NCBI RefSeq assembly: GCF_000743755.1
Contig: NW_014569477.1
Span: 1-38,232, forward strand
Direction of reading: 5' to 3'
DNA length: 38,232 bases
From: Blastocystis sp. subtype 4
Taxonomy: Eukaryota
Positions 1 to 10,856 of the stretch are shown here, in pieces; positions within the stretch are counted from its first letter, which is position 1, and each line of letters begins with the position of its first letter. The position numbers and the translations under genes are program-made. The notes below the pieces were generated by a model. It was not told the origin of the DNA. It saw nothing but the letters and a program-made list of their open reading frames with translations, and did not search any database.

Positions 1-1
1 G

Positions 2-130
2 CTTCAGGAGATTCGAAACCTTGTTTGGATCTGTGAATGTATTGTGCAGAAGCAGCGTGCGAAGATTGAAAAGTACATTCCCATCTTTAGCGCGAATTCG
101 GCTTGGAGACATGGAAAGCTGGGCATTTAA
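2..130 (+). CDS. Possible 3' end of a gene entering from the left edge (LQEIRNLVW...HGKLGI*)
   Basis: Open frame from position 2 to TAA at 128-130, followed by TGTTTGTT at 156-163 as seen at other gene ends. No family recognised. Confidence 0.3.
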   Translation, partial: LQEIRNLVWICECIVQKQRAKIEKYIPIFSANSAWRHGKLGI

Positions 131-155
131 GTTTGGCGCGGAAGTGTTTTTCAGT

Positions 156-163
156 TGTTTGTT
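156..163 (+). terminator. TGTTTGTT polyadenylation-associated element
   Basis: Exact motif downstream of the stop at 130 and 1 nt before the next ATG at 165. Confidence 0.5.
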
Positions 164-164
164 C

Positions 165-2084
165 ATGTCCTATTCAAATGATCTCTCACCACCGAAACTT
201 GTTCTCTGTGAGGTGATTCGTCATTCCTATGGGACGAATCCTCAAGACAGCAGTGAATCGTGTCAGGAGTTATATAATCTTCTTTCTCCGAGTGATTTGG
301 ATCAACTGAAGCAAGTACAACTCAATTATCTCCATAAACTATATGATGGTTGGGAACCAGATCGAAAGGAGGCATATCTGTTTTTGCTTCAGTATCAGCC
401 TGGAAGTGCCTTTATAAATCAAATTCTAACGGAATGGGAGAATCTTGTTCAAGAATCCGATGAGTTTATTCCTTGGATGGTGCAGTTACAAGAGTGGAGG
501 TCACAATATATGGATGAGCAGGATGAATCTTCTCTTTTAGTCTTTGTATCATCAGTTGTAGCTTCGTTTCATTTAATTCCATTCTCTTCTTACTATCTTA
601 TTGCCGATCTGCTTTGTGATTATCTTCAAGAGAAGAATCAGGTTGTATCCTTTCCATCTCCATTTCCTTCCTTTAGCCCTTATTTTACGGAAGAACAATA
701 CCGTTCATGGGAAAATGCATTTCAACTTTGTCTATTTCAACAACAAGGAACCTTTGATATTGATACTCTCAAAACTCAGCTTCTTTCCATCTCTCCTCCT
801 CCGTATCCACTACTTGCATCTCTTTCATTCTTGCAAAATGACTTTCAGACTGCTCACTCCTATCTCTTACAGAGTATCTCAACAACTCCTACGATCAAGT
901 CAATTCTTCTACCGCTCACATTTTATTCACTTGCTTATCGATCTCGTGCGATAGAGCTTCTTCATGAGCTAGTCCAGGTGTGTCAATTATCTCGGGAAAC
1001 GGAGATGGAGTCAATTCTGTCATTTATGAGTATTTTCACAGAAATAGAAAGTGAACGAATTCTTCAATCGATTGAGATAACATTGAAGCATTGCCAAGGG
1101 AAACGAGATTTCATACCAGTGTCAATTTTATTTCTACGATTTCTTCTCTTCTATCCTTCATTTCTTAAAGTTAAGGATGGTACATTTTGTAGAAGTATCC
1201 TCGATGAAGCTGGGTTTGTCAATTCATCTGTTCAAAGTGTCTCGGAAGGACTTCATTGGCTTTCTATTCATCCTAAGGATTACTACACCTTACTTCATTC
1301 GTATATTGATTTGAAGTCGTCGGAATCTCCCTATGTAACTCCAGTCCAGCAATTATCCACTTCAATTCATTCAAATCATATTCAAAATGCTATCAAGTTC
1401 CTTCGAAAAGGTGTATCGAATTCATTGTTGCAAGTATTAGGTCAGTGGCAATCGATGGTTGATTGCATTCATTATTCACAAGAGAAGCTATGGAATGAGA
1501 CTTTGATTGCTGTAATCCGAGGGATCTGGTTAGAACAACAGAATCGTTATGAAGAGGGTTTGAACACGATCCATAAGGCATTTGAGATATGTAAGGAGAA
1601 GGGACTACAGAGTGGTGCTTCGATGTGTGTAGTGAGTGAGGCATTTTGTTTGTCTCGAAGAGGTACATTGACTACAGTAATGATAGAATCGATTCGAGAA
1701 GCATTAAAGGTATTTGTTAGTCTGCGATTGGTCAAGGCAGTTCGAATCTGTCTTTATCTTGTCTGCTTGGATTCAAATCGTTGGAACCAATTAAAGAATC
1801 TTGCCATTGAACAGAATGATGGTGATTTGATATGTTTGGTAGAAGAACGTGAATTGTATTTAAACAATTGTTCACTACAAGAATTTGTTTCTGTGTGTAT
1901 GAAATATGATTGTTTGGCCTTGGCATTGAATTCCATCCATTCACATCCATCTGAGAAAGAAATCGATTTACTGATGGAACAGATTGAGAGAGAACAAATG
2001 AAGCCTTTTTGTGCTGTTTGTGAGAGACATCCATTCTTGTTTGACCACTTCGGTTTTCCAACCACTCATCTAGTTGAGATATGA
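165..2084 (+). CDS. Large alpha-helical/TPR-like protein, weakly APC5 (anaphase-promoting complex subunit 5)-like
   Basis: Uninterrupted ORF with a likely ATG at 165. The N-terminal LSPPKLVLCEVI resembles the APC5 N-terminal (L/V)TPxKI motif, and the C-terminal half is TPR-like. The true end may be at 2010 through a poly(A)-created stop. The family call is tentative. Confidence 0.45.
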   Translation: MSYSNDLSPPKLVLCEVIRHSYGTNPQDSSESCQELYNLLSPSDLDQLKQVQLNYLHKLYDGWEPDRKEAYLFLLQYQPGSAFINQILTEWENLVQESDEFIPWMVQLQEWRSQYMDEQDESSLLVFVSSVVASFHLIPFSSYYLIADLLCDYLQEKNQVVSFPSPFPSFSPYFTEEQYRSWENAFQLCLFQQQGTFDIDTLKTQLLSISPPPYPLLASLSFLQNDFQTAHSYLLQSISTTPTIKSILLPLTFYSLAYRSRAIELLHELVQVCQLSRETEMESILSFMSIFTEIESERILQSIEITLKHCQGKRDFIPVSILFLRFLLFYPSFLKVKDGTFCRSILDEAGFVNSSVQSVSEGLHWLSIHPKDYYTLLHSYIDLKSSESPYVTPVQQLSTSIHSNHIQNAIKFLRKGVSNSLLQVLGQWQSMVDCIHYSQEKLWNETLIAVIRGIWLEQQNRYEEGLNTIHKAFEICKEKGLQSGASMCVVSEAFCLSRRGTLTTVMIESIREALKVFVSLRLVKAVRICLYLVCLDSNRWNQLKNLAIEQNDGDLICLVEERELYLNNCSLQEFVSVCMKYDCLALALNSIHSHPSEKEIDLLMEQIEREQMKPFCAVCERHPFLFDHFGFPTTHLVEI

Positions 2085-2234
2085 CAGTTCTAGGATGTGG
2101 AGAATAACGGTTTCTCTGATGTGATAATCATTAATCCTTTATCTATAGCCCTCGTGTAGCCGAAATAATAGTTCACTCAGTATAGTATTGATATTGGTAC
2201 TCTGTTTTGGACTGGTGAAAAGTGAACAAGACAG

Positions 2235-4409
2235 ATGAGTGGAGGTCAAAAGAAATTCAGCAATATGGTGGATGCATTCTCTGAATCTGATATGAGTGAT
2301 GTTGAGGAAGTGAATGTCGATCTCGAAAAGTCCCAAGATTGTTGTGATAACTGCAATCAAAAGAGTGTCTCAAGCACTCTCTTGGTGGATACAAAGTCTT
2401 TATCAACAAATCAAGTGATTGGCGTTTCAAAGGATTCAACAGAAGAGGAATCGTCAAGTGATTCTGATGATTTGTTTTTCCCAATACATAAAGGTAGACC
2501 GAAGAGCCCGATAGGTAGTACAGTCCCTCAAGGTTTGGGTATGTGAACCAACTCATACTTAGAGTCATCTCGAACAGGATTGACCGAAGATCCGATTCTG
2601 GAGAGTGAGGATTCGTTAAGTAATACGACCCTAATCCCTGTAAACAAGGGTGAGGAAGGAACAACTAGTGACAAACCGATTACTATTGATGAGAGTATCA
2701 TTGAATCTGGTTCCATTCCTACAAGTTCTATTTTTCACTCATCCTAATGAATAGAAGTTCATCAAACACGGCAAAAGAGTCATGGACCTCGGAATACTGA
2801 AGAAGCGCTTATGTTCTCAAAACGGATTCTGTTCACCTATGAATCTCCCTTCATTAACAACCGAATTGATATCACAGAATATGATCGTGTTTGGATAGAT
2901 GATTGTTTATATCTGTAGACTCGGCTCTCAGAAGGTATCATGTTGAATGACAGCATTGTCAACTTCTATATGAACTATTCCTTGACAGAGTATATTGAGG
3001 GTCAATTGTCACTTCTTGGGATTCCCAAAGAAGATGCTGTTGTATTACTCCAGAAGAAGCATCTAAGTGATCCAAATCGTGAAGAGCTGATCAAGGGTGC
3101 ATTGAACAATCTACTCTTAACATTCCACATTTTTTCCACTTTCTTTTATCCTCAACTTTCAAAACTCCGTTGTCTAGAAAACAGTGCTATTAAGAAGAAA
3201 TTGCTGAAATGGTGTGAGAATGCTGCTGTATTTCAACGACAATGCGTATTTCTTCCCATTTATCAGAAGTAGGAATTGTTGAGGAAGATGAGGTTTAGTA
3301 GTCATTTCTCCTTAGCCGTATTGTTCTATCCAAATAAACTAATTAGCTATATTAAAAAACGACTTATTGTAAATGGAATCGATTATTCACAATCTCGCAA
3401 ACCTTGTCATTCTCTTGTGACTCAGGGTCAGAATGATTTAATGGTCAGTTCTTATCATTAAATTCATCTCTAGCCTTGTTTGGTTATGCTAGATTCACTT
3501 CACGACGAGATCGGGGCTTCAGAATGCAAGAACATTCGATTGTTGTTATCGTTACTCCTTCATGAATCTATCCCCAACTGTCAAGTAAATATCACAGAAT
3601 ACAATCTACCTCAAATCAATCCACGTGTAGCGAAGCAGACAAATGCTGTGGATTGCGGTATTTTTGCTCTAGGGTTCACACGTTTGATCATCAATCACTT
3701 CAGTGAATTATCTCTTAAATCGGACATCCTCCATGATGCGGAAAAGATCAATCATTGTTTTTCGTTTTTGCGGAATGATGTTGGAATGTTTACAAATTTA
3801 AGATCGAGGATCCAAGCTTTGATCATGCGTATTGCGAATGTATCGGAGACAAATGACTTATTTGCTGTGGAAGATGAGTTGAGTGAAGAGAGTGACATTG
3901 AATGTGTGGAAGTGAATATGAAGAAGAAGCCTTTGAAGCATCGATGGTTGGAAAGGGGACACAAAGAGAAGGAGGAAACAGTGGAGAAGAAGCAAGAGGA
4001 AGGAGAGGAAAAGAGGAAGAATAAGGCGCAACAAGAAAACCTGGAGAAGATTGAATGCGAGAAGAAAAGAGAAGAGAAGGAGAATCATCCTAATACAATT
4101 CTCCAGATGTCATCACATTCCAGCCCAAAAATAAAACACATCCCATCTAACTCCTCCAAACACATGTCTTCACGGGCACGTACAGTCGATTCCCCTCAAC
4201 CTACAGAGTCTTATAAAAGCAGTTTTTCGTCACTGCTTCATTCCTTTCAAACCCATAATGATCCACTCTCCCAACTGAAACCAGAAGCCAGTAACAATAC
4301 AAAACCGGCTAAAAGGGAACATGATTGGAAACGAATGGGAAGTGATCCAAACAAGATCAAACCAAAGAAGAGGAAATCGTTAGGATATTCACCTGTAAAC
4401 AATTTATAA
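2235..4409 (+). CDS. Ulp1/SENP family (peptidase C48) SUMO protease, Ulp2/SENP6-7-like, multi-exon
   Basis: Motifs RLSEGIMLNDSIVNFY, HIFSTFFY, spliced FLPIYQN-SHFSL (catalytic His), MLDSL (Asp) and KQTNAVDCG (Gln, Cys). Acidic N-terminus and basic C-terminus. Start codon uncertain. Confidence 0.85.
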
Positions 4410-4415
4410 ACTGAA

Positions 4416-4423
4416 TGTTTGTT
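4416..4423 (+). terminator. TGTTTGTT polyadenylation-associated element
   Basis: Exact motif 6 nt after the TAA at 4407-4409. Confidence 0.75.
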
Positions 4424-4452
4424 GCAAGAACTGATCTCCAAAGATTCAGTTA

Positions 4453-7098
4453 ATGTTGATGATGGAGTGTAGTGAAGAGATTTCAGAACAACGAGATTTA
4501 GTTTGGAAGTTCCTCAACTACCTTAAGGATTCGACCTATGAATCGGTTGGATATGTTTCTCGAACTTAAGTTGTAGAAGAATTCCATCGCAAAGCAAATC
4601 TATAGTTGTGTAGTCAGAGGACCTACTTCGACAAACAAAATATTGATATGTGGCTACACCATTAGTACTATCTCTGAATAGGAACTATTCATAGAGCATG
4701 GAAACCTAAATGGAGATTACGTCAGCTTTAAAATCAAAGTTCATGTTTTTCATAATGGAAAGGAGTACTTCATTCCTGGTTCACTTGTGATTTCTCTCTT
4801 CAAGTACTTTGAAATTAAGCCATATTTGCGTTTGAATCGTGATGAGAAATGTAAGATCAGGGGTAGGCCAAATCATGTAGATACAAGTGTTCTGAATTAT
4901 TCCTATGTTGAACCAAATGGAGAGGTCAAGATACCAGAATTGGATCGGTGGGGAAAAGTAGAAGTGCAAACACCAATAAACACTAGGGATCAAGGCTTGA
5001 GATTATAATGTGTATCCTGATTACCAGTTTGAAGGGTGAAAATGCACCCATTGCTCCAAAGAGTCCAATTCACCAGTCTGTGGATCCGAATGCATGGCGC
5101 AATGTGCCATGGGGCGATATTGAGAAATATCGAAAGATTGGAAGCGGTTCATATGGAGATGTTTATGAAGGGTATGAGAGATATCTGCGAATAATCAGTA
5201 GATGTTATCAAGGAAAGAAGGTTGCAGTGAAGATCATTCGAGAGCCTAATTCAACTCTATCTCTTCCCAGAAAGAAAGCTCTCGAAAGAGAAATCGAACT
5301 TCAACATGGGTTGGATCATCCAAATTGTCTGAAGCTGATTGGAGTAAGTCAAACGGAAAACTGCACAGCCTTAATTCTTCCGTTATGTGAGTATTCGTTG
5401 AATGATCTCATTCACTTCCCTAATGAAGAGCGAAAAAGAATCCTTCGAAAAATGACATATCAAAAGAAAGTCCAGATTTTGGTAGAAATAGCTGAAGGTA
5501 TCCAATATCTCCATACCAATAATCGGATCCATCGTGACATTAAGGTACCTATTAAATGATAATTGAGGTCATATTCAGTCTGCTAATATTATGATGCTGG
5601 ATGGTCATCCTCTGATTGCTGACTTTGGTTTATCACGGGAATGGAATAGTAATGAGGCAATGACAATGACTGTTGTTGGTACACCTTTCTAGTGATGGTT
5701 TGATAAACTGAGTAATTCGTTAGTCGAGCCCCAGAACTCATCTTAACAAATCGTAGTTCATTTGCCTGTGATGTATTTTCGTTCGCCTGTACTGCGTTGG
5801 AACTCCTAGAAGAGCATTTGGTGTTTCAAGATCACCCTGAGATTCAGCGTGAGTCTGATGTGAGAATGTGAATCCATTGTGATTTTGTAGCTAACAGTGT
5901 TCTATCAACGAGGAGGTAGACCAACGATTGATAAGTCTATTCCTTTGAGTAGAAGAAGATTGAGAATATGAAGTTCTAGTGATGCAATGTCTTCTGGAAG
6001 ACTGTTTGAGGGAAGAATCCAAACGACCTTCTATCGCATCTGTTATCACACAGTTGAATGCTTTAGAATATGGAAGTAGGGGTCCTATTGAGTGATGATC
6101 AGTTAGCATTCAATCCTTCGATTCCATACTCGGATTTGAAGATAGGAAGAAGACTTGGATATGGTCAGTTTGGAGAAGTTTATGAAGGGTAAGAGATCGT
6201 AATGAATTTAATGTAAGTTGGTACCACAATCACAAGATTGCAGTTAAAGTGTTGAAAGAATGTGAGAATGAAATTCACCAGACGTATGTTGATCGAGAAA
6301 TTAGCATTCAGAAGATGTTACATCATCCGAATTGTTTGAAGCTCTATGGAACAAGTTTAACTGATACTAATCAGGTTGCTTTGATTATGGAACTAGCTGG
6401 AAAGAATATGAAAGCTTGTTTGTTTGGTGCGGATCGAATTGTGTAAAGGATTAGAACTGTTGATTGATTATAGACTTACAAATGAGGAGAAGAAACAGAT
6501 TCTGCTTCAAATTGCTCATGCTATTGCTTATCTGCATTCAAAATCCATCATTCATCGAGATTTGAAGGTATGGATGTTTTTTTGTTATTCCAATTTCTAG
6601 CTTGAAAACATACTGATGATTAACAAGAAGCCACTTCTCTCAGACTTTGGTTTATCCCGAGAATTACGTGAAATGGCAGCATTAATTGTTACTCAGGTGG
6701 GTTCACCTATCACGTAGGTTTAGACGAATGGAATGTTTGGTAGAATGGCTCCCGAATTGATAGCTCATGAACCGGTGACGAATTTGGTGGATGTGTATTC
6801 GTTTGGTTGTATTATGAATGAAATTGTTGGAGGAAAACAGTGTTGGAGTGACTACAAGTATACTACTCACAAACAGGTTCAATCAGATGGTTACTATGAA
6901 TAATAGTTCTATAATGATGTGATGAATGGAAAACGTCCTACGATCCCTGAGACGATTCCTTCTGGTTAGAGAAGAAAAGGAGATTGATGTATAGAAGTTG
7001 GCTCGTTAATTAGAGAGTGTTTCCAAACGAAAGAGAAACGTCCTTCAATGGATGAAGTGATTGCAAAGATAGAAGCATGGAATCCTGCACTGTGGTAG
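4453..7098 (+). CDS. Protein with two tandem TKL-like protein kinase domains, multi-exon
   Basis: Domain 1: GSGSYG, VAVK, HRDIK|SANI, DFG, GTPFY|RAPE. Domain 2: GYGQFG, IAVK, HRDLK|LENI, DFG, GSPIT|MAPE. A 31-nt intron near 6076-6106 joins them in frame. Ends WNPALW-TAG. The 5' exons are uncertain. Confidence 0.85.
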
Positions 7099-7100
7099 TT

Positions 7101-7122
7101 TGTTTGTTTGTTATTACAAACA
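7101..7122. terminator. Back-to-back TGTTTGT elements serving the convergent kinase (+) and SART1 (-) genes
   Basis: TGTTTGTT at 7101 and 7105 on the plus strand. TGTTTGTA on the minus strand at 7115-7122. Confidence 0.75.
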
Positions 7123-7126
7123 TAAG

Positions 7127-9367
7127 AATGAAGACCTTTAGCAGCCATCGATTTAAGATAATTAAGATTCTTCTTTCCCTTATTCTTCTTTCCAGGACTC
7201 TTTCCATGAAACTGATATGAGAATTGTCTGAATGCTTCTTTTGTTGACAATAATCGGCCATTTTTATCACGATACTCTAATACAAATCCATCTTCATATC
7301 ATGTCTTCTTCTTATTCCTTACCTTTACTCTCATTATCTCGAATAACACGGTCATTTCGTCGACCATATGCTTCTTCTTCAATATCTTCACTCTTTTGAC
7401 TTCGAAGAAGATTGAGAACTCCACTCAAACCCTTACCCAAATCAGGCTGAACGTAAAGATCTTCTTCCTCTTCCTCCTTCATTCCTTCTTCCTCCTCCTC
7501 TTCTTCCTTCTCTTCCTCTTCTTCTTTCTCTGGAGGAGACATCACAGTAGTTGGAATCACTGTCTCTTTCTGTTTCTCTTTCATCAACGCCTTGAATCGC
7601 TTCGTGAATTCACTCACTTCTTCCAGCTCTTGTTCTTTTGCATTCGCACTGGCTACTGCTTCCTCTGCTTCCCTCTGGATCTGGATTTGAGCTGCAATCT
7701 ATTCTCACACTCTTCGAATCGTTCCTACTTCTTCAGGAGTCTTCTTACGCTGTCCCAACACAGCGCGACGTGCTCGTAACAATGATTCTGTCAACATCAC
7801 ATCATCATTCATATCTCCCTTCTCTTCTCCTCGTAGAATACGATTCTTTTGCTCTTCCTTCTCTCTTGCTCTTTCATACCCCTGTTTACGCTCCATTTCT
7901 GCTTCAGCTTCTCTTGCATCTCGTGTTTCTTGCATCTGTCTTCTTGAAGTGCTCTCATCATCCACCATCTCTGGTAGCTTCAATGGTTCTTCAGTCTCTA
8001 CCTCCTATGACTCAAATACACCCTATTCTTCGTACACTTTTTCGGACATGTCGATTTCGCTTCTTCTTCTTCCTAAATTGGGCCATCTCCTCTTTGCTGA
8101 AGTATTCTGAAGCTACCTTCTTCTCTTCCGAGAGACCAGCTAGCAGACTACCTAGTGAAATTTGAGTTCCCACGGGACCTGAACTCGATGCAGCCGTAAT
8201 GGCTGAAACTGTGTTCATAGGAGCTTCTTCAAGTTGTTGTTGAGCTGCAAGTTTGCTTCTTTTCAAATCTTCTTCACTTACTCCAGAATCCGTTAATGTA
8301 AATGATTTCTGTTTCTTCTTAGGTTCATTGTACTGAGGGAGAAGCCGATCTTCCTCATCAAAATCTGAATCAAATTCCGCATCATCATATCCAGTATATC
8401 TATAACTTCATCCCCTTTCCTCATTTATACATTGGCATTTTTGCTTTCTCTCTTTGCTTTCTCGCTTCTTTGTAATTCTCCATTTGAACCAAAGCTGTAT
8501 CCTCTAACACATCTTCTGTTTCTGCAATCTGACCCTTTTCATCAAGAAGAGGCGCATCCTACAACTAATCTCCACTTTATTCTCATACTCGAAGTGTCAA
8601 GATCGTTTCGCCTTCACCAATTTCCGTGATGTCATGAGCAACTTTGAGGCCAGCAAGCGAAACCTTTGCTTCACGTCGCTGTTGCTCTATTTCCTCTTCT
8701 TTATCCTCTTCTTCCTCCATTGCATCCAATGCAGCTTCTTGCTTTTCCTTACTTCTCTCAAGCTACACATAATCCATATCTAAAACTCAAACCCATGCTT
8801 TAACATCCAGTTCCTTTCCTTCCTCGCTTAACAAATCTCCAAGTCCCTTTCCTTTCAAATTCTGGTACTCATCTCGTTCTCGATCCTGTCGGCTCTTTTC
8901 GAGTTTCTTGCGGATCTGTTCTTCCTCAAGAATTTTGGAGTGATCCACAAATACGAATCCATCATCATCGACTTGTTTTTCTTCTTTTGTATCATCAATT
9001 TCAAGAGGAGGAAGACCCAATTGAGCACGAATCCGATTCGTTTCTTCCACTGAACAGGAAATCTCTCCACCCTCCTCTGTTACATTTGCATGTGGAATTT
9101 GCACTTCTCTAGATTCTTGTCTATCTCTCGAATGACTTCGAGAACTACTTCTTTCATCTTGTCGTCGTCGTTCCGATCTAGACTCCCTATGTCGATTTGA
9201 ACGGCTATGCGAAGAACTATGATCACGTCTTCTTGATGAATACTTTGAATGACTGGCATCTCGACTCCTACTATATTACTTCAGCACACTAATTCAAACT
9301 TAGAACGACTCCTACTACGACTTCGATGGCGATGTGAACTAGAACGATCTCTATCGCTTCCACTCAT
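7127..9367 (-). CDS. SART1: U4/U6.U5 tri-snRNP protein SART1/Snu66
   Basis: N-terminal RS-rich region, HIND motif SCSVEETNRIRAQLGLPPL, central PDLGKGLSGVLNLL and C-terminal KEAFRQFSYQFHGKSPGKK. The stop is probably made by poly(A) at 7127. Confidence 0.9.
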
Positions 9368-9517
9368 AACTTTAACTTTATTCCGAAGAATAGAACCGAT
9401 ACCGTTCTTTCTATAGTGTTGCGACATTTGGACCGCAATTGGGCACCGAATTGATGTCTTTTCCGACTTCAATAGTTTTCTGTTTTTTACTGATTCTATT
9501 TGTAAGAATTACTGAAA

Positions 9518-10626
9518 ATGGATTTTGACCATGTAGGACAGATGAAACAATCGCAATCCATATTCGTGTTGCTTTGTATCTTGGCACTCGGAATGTCCTA
9601 TCCATCACTTCGAAGCGAATGGAAAGAGCCATTCCTTTCTTCTTCAGAGGATAATTTATGGGACTTTAGTACGTTGGAGTTCGTTTGTGTTATCCCTAGT
9701 TGAGAAGGTTTATAATGATTATAAGATCGTTGTGAACGGAGTGATCATCTTCATCGGTCTTTTCCTTTGCTTCCTAGGATTAAAGTCTGTAGTTGTGAGA
9801 TTTTGGCATTTTGATTTAAGGAATAGTTTAATATGTTCCTCTGTGGATTCTTAGCAGGAGGTGTACCGACTTTTGTCATTGCTACCGAGCTTCTTTCTAA
9901 CACAGAAAAGTAGGAAATTGAGACTAGTCACTATGTTCATTAGAGAGGAACAAGCGTTTTGGATCAGTATTGGCGTTAGTTGTGTGATGGGTTTGATTAT
10001 TGGTATCCTTCTCATCTTCCTCTATAAGATCGGTTATTTTGTTATTGGACTTGGCCTTGGTGCTATTATTGCTATCTACACAGATATTGTTCTTGAGTGT
10101 ATTCTCCGTTTCCATTCCGATGTGGTTCTCTATGTGGCAGTTGGTACAATCTCTCTCGAGTTTGGTATCTTTGCCATGATTTGGGACAAGTAAGTTTTCA
10201 CTTTTTGTGTTACTGTGTAGAATTCTGGTGATCTTGGGAACTTCAGTAATTGGTAGTTATATGATTACATTCGGGTCCACTCTATTTGCATCGCTCATGC
10301 TTAGTCTTTCTCAGTTTATCGGAAATTGGATTAATCCATTCTCTCCGTTGTTCCCTCAGCAATTGGTGAATCCTCCATGGGAAGTAAGGTCGAATCGGTG
10401 ATATAAGTGTTAGTGGTATTTGTATTTGAGTATATTGGCTGGTTTCACCATATTTGGAGTGATTGTGCAGGCAGCCACAAACAGGGGGCCGAAGGAGCCA
10501 AAAGAATCTCCAGATACAACCCTTCCTTTGATCATTAATCAAGATACTAGTATGAAGGAAATAAAGGAAGAAAAACCAGTAGCAAAAGAACGTCAATATA
10601 AGACATTACGCGAGCTGCAAGCATGA
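9518..10626 (+). CDS. Multi-pass membrane protein, TMEM198/TM7SF3 (DUF4203)-like, multi-exon
   Basis: Signal-like N-terminus and several Gly-rich TM helices (IGLFLCFLG, GYFVIGLGLG, ILGTSVIGSY, GVIVQ). The start could be 9541. Confidence 0.55.
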
Positions 10627-10856
10627 GTTGTTTCTTATCATTTACGTTTTCGCTATTTGTTTATTTAGATAGGGTTGTTTAGAGGAATATAAATTGTGTG
10701 TGGGAGTGAACGTAACAATAGAACGATTGAAATCTTGAATTGTTCATTGATCTATACCGTGGTTATCTGCTGATTCTGGCGATAAGCTTCTCGATTCTGC
10801 TTGTTTTATATCATCATATTCCTTGCCATTTGTGACATTATTCTGTTAAATCTGTC

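Noticed and set aside
6417..6424. Exact TGTTTGTT inside an exon of kinase domain 2 (variants also at 1647, 10896 and 31600)
   Set aside because: These lie inside genes, and for the exonic ones cleavage 5 nt upstream would not create a stop. Treated as chance occurrences, which shows the motif alone is not sufficient.
7396..8165. Plus-strand ORFs of 127 and 175 aa
   Set aside because: Antisense shadows of the Glu/Lys/Arg-rich SART1 exons.
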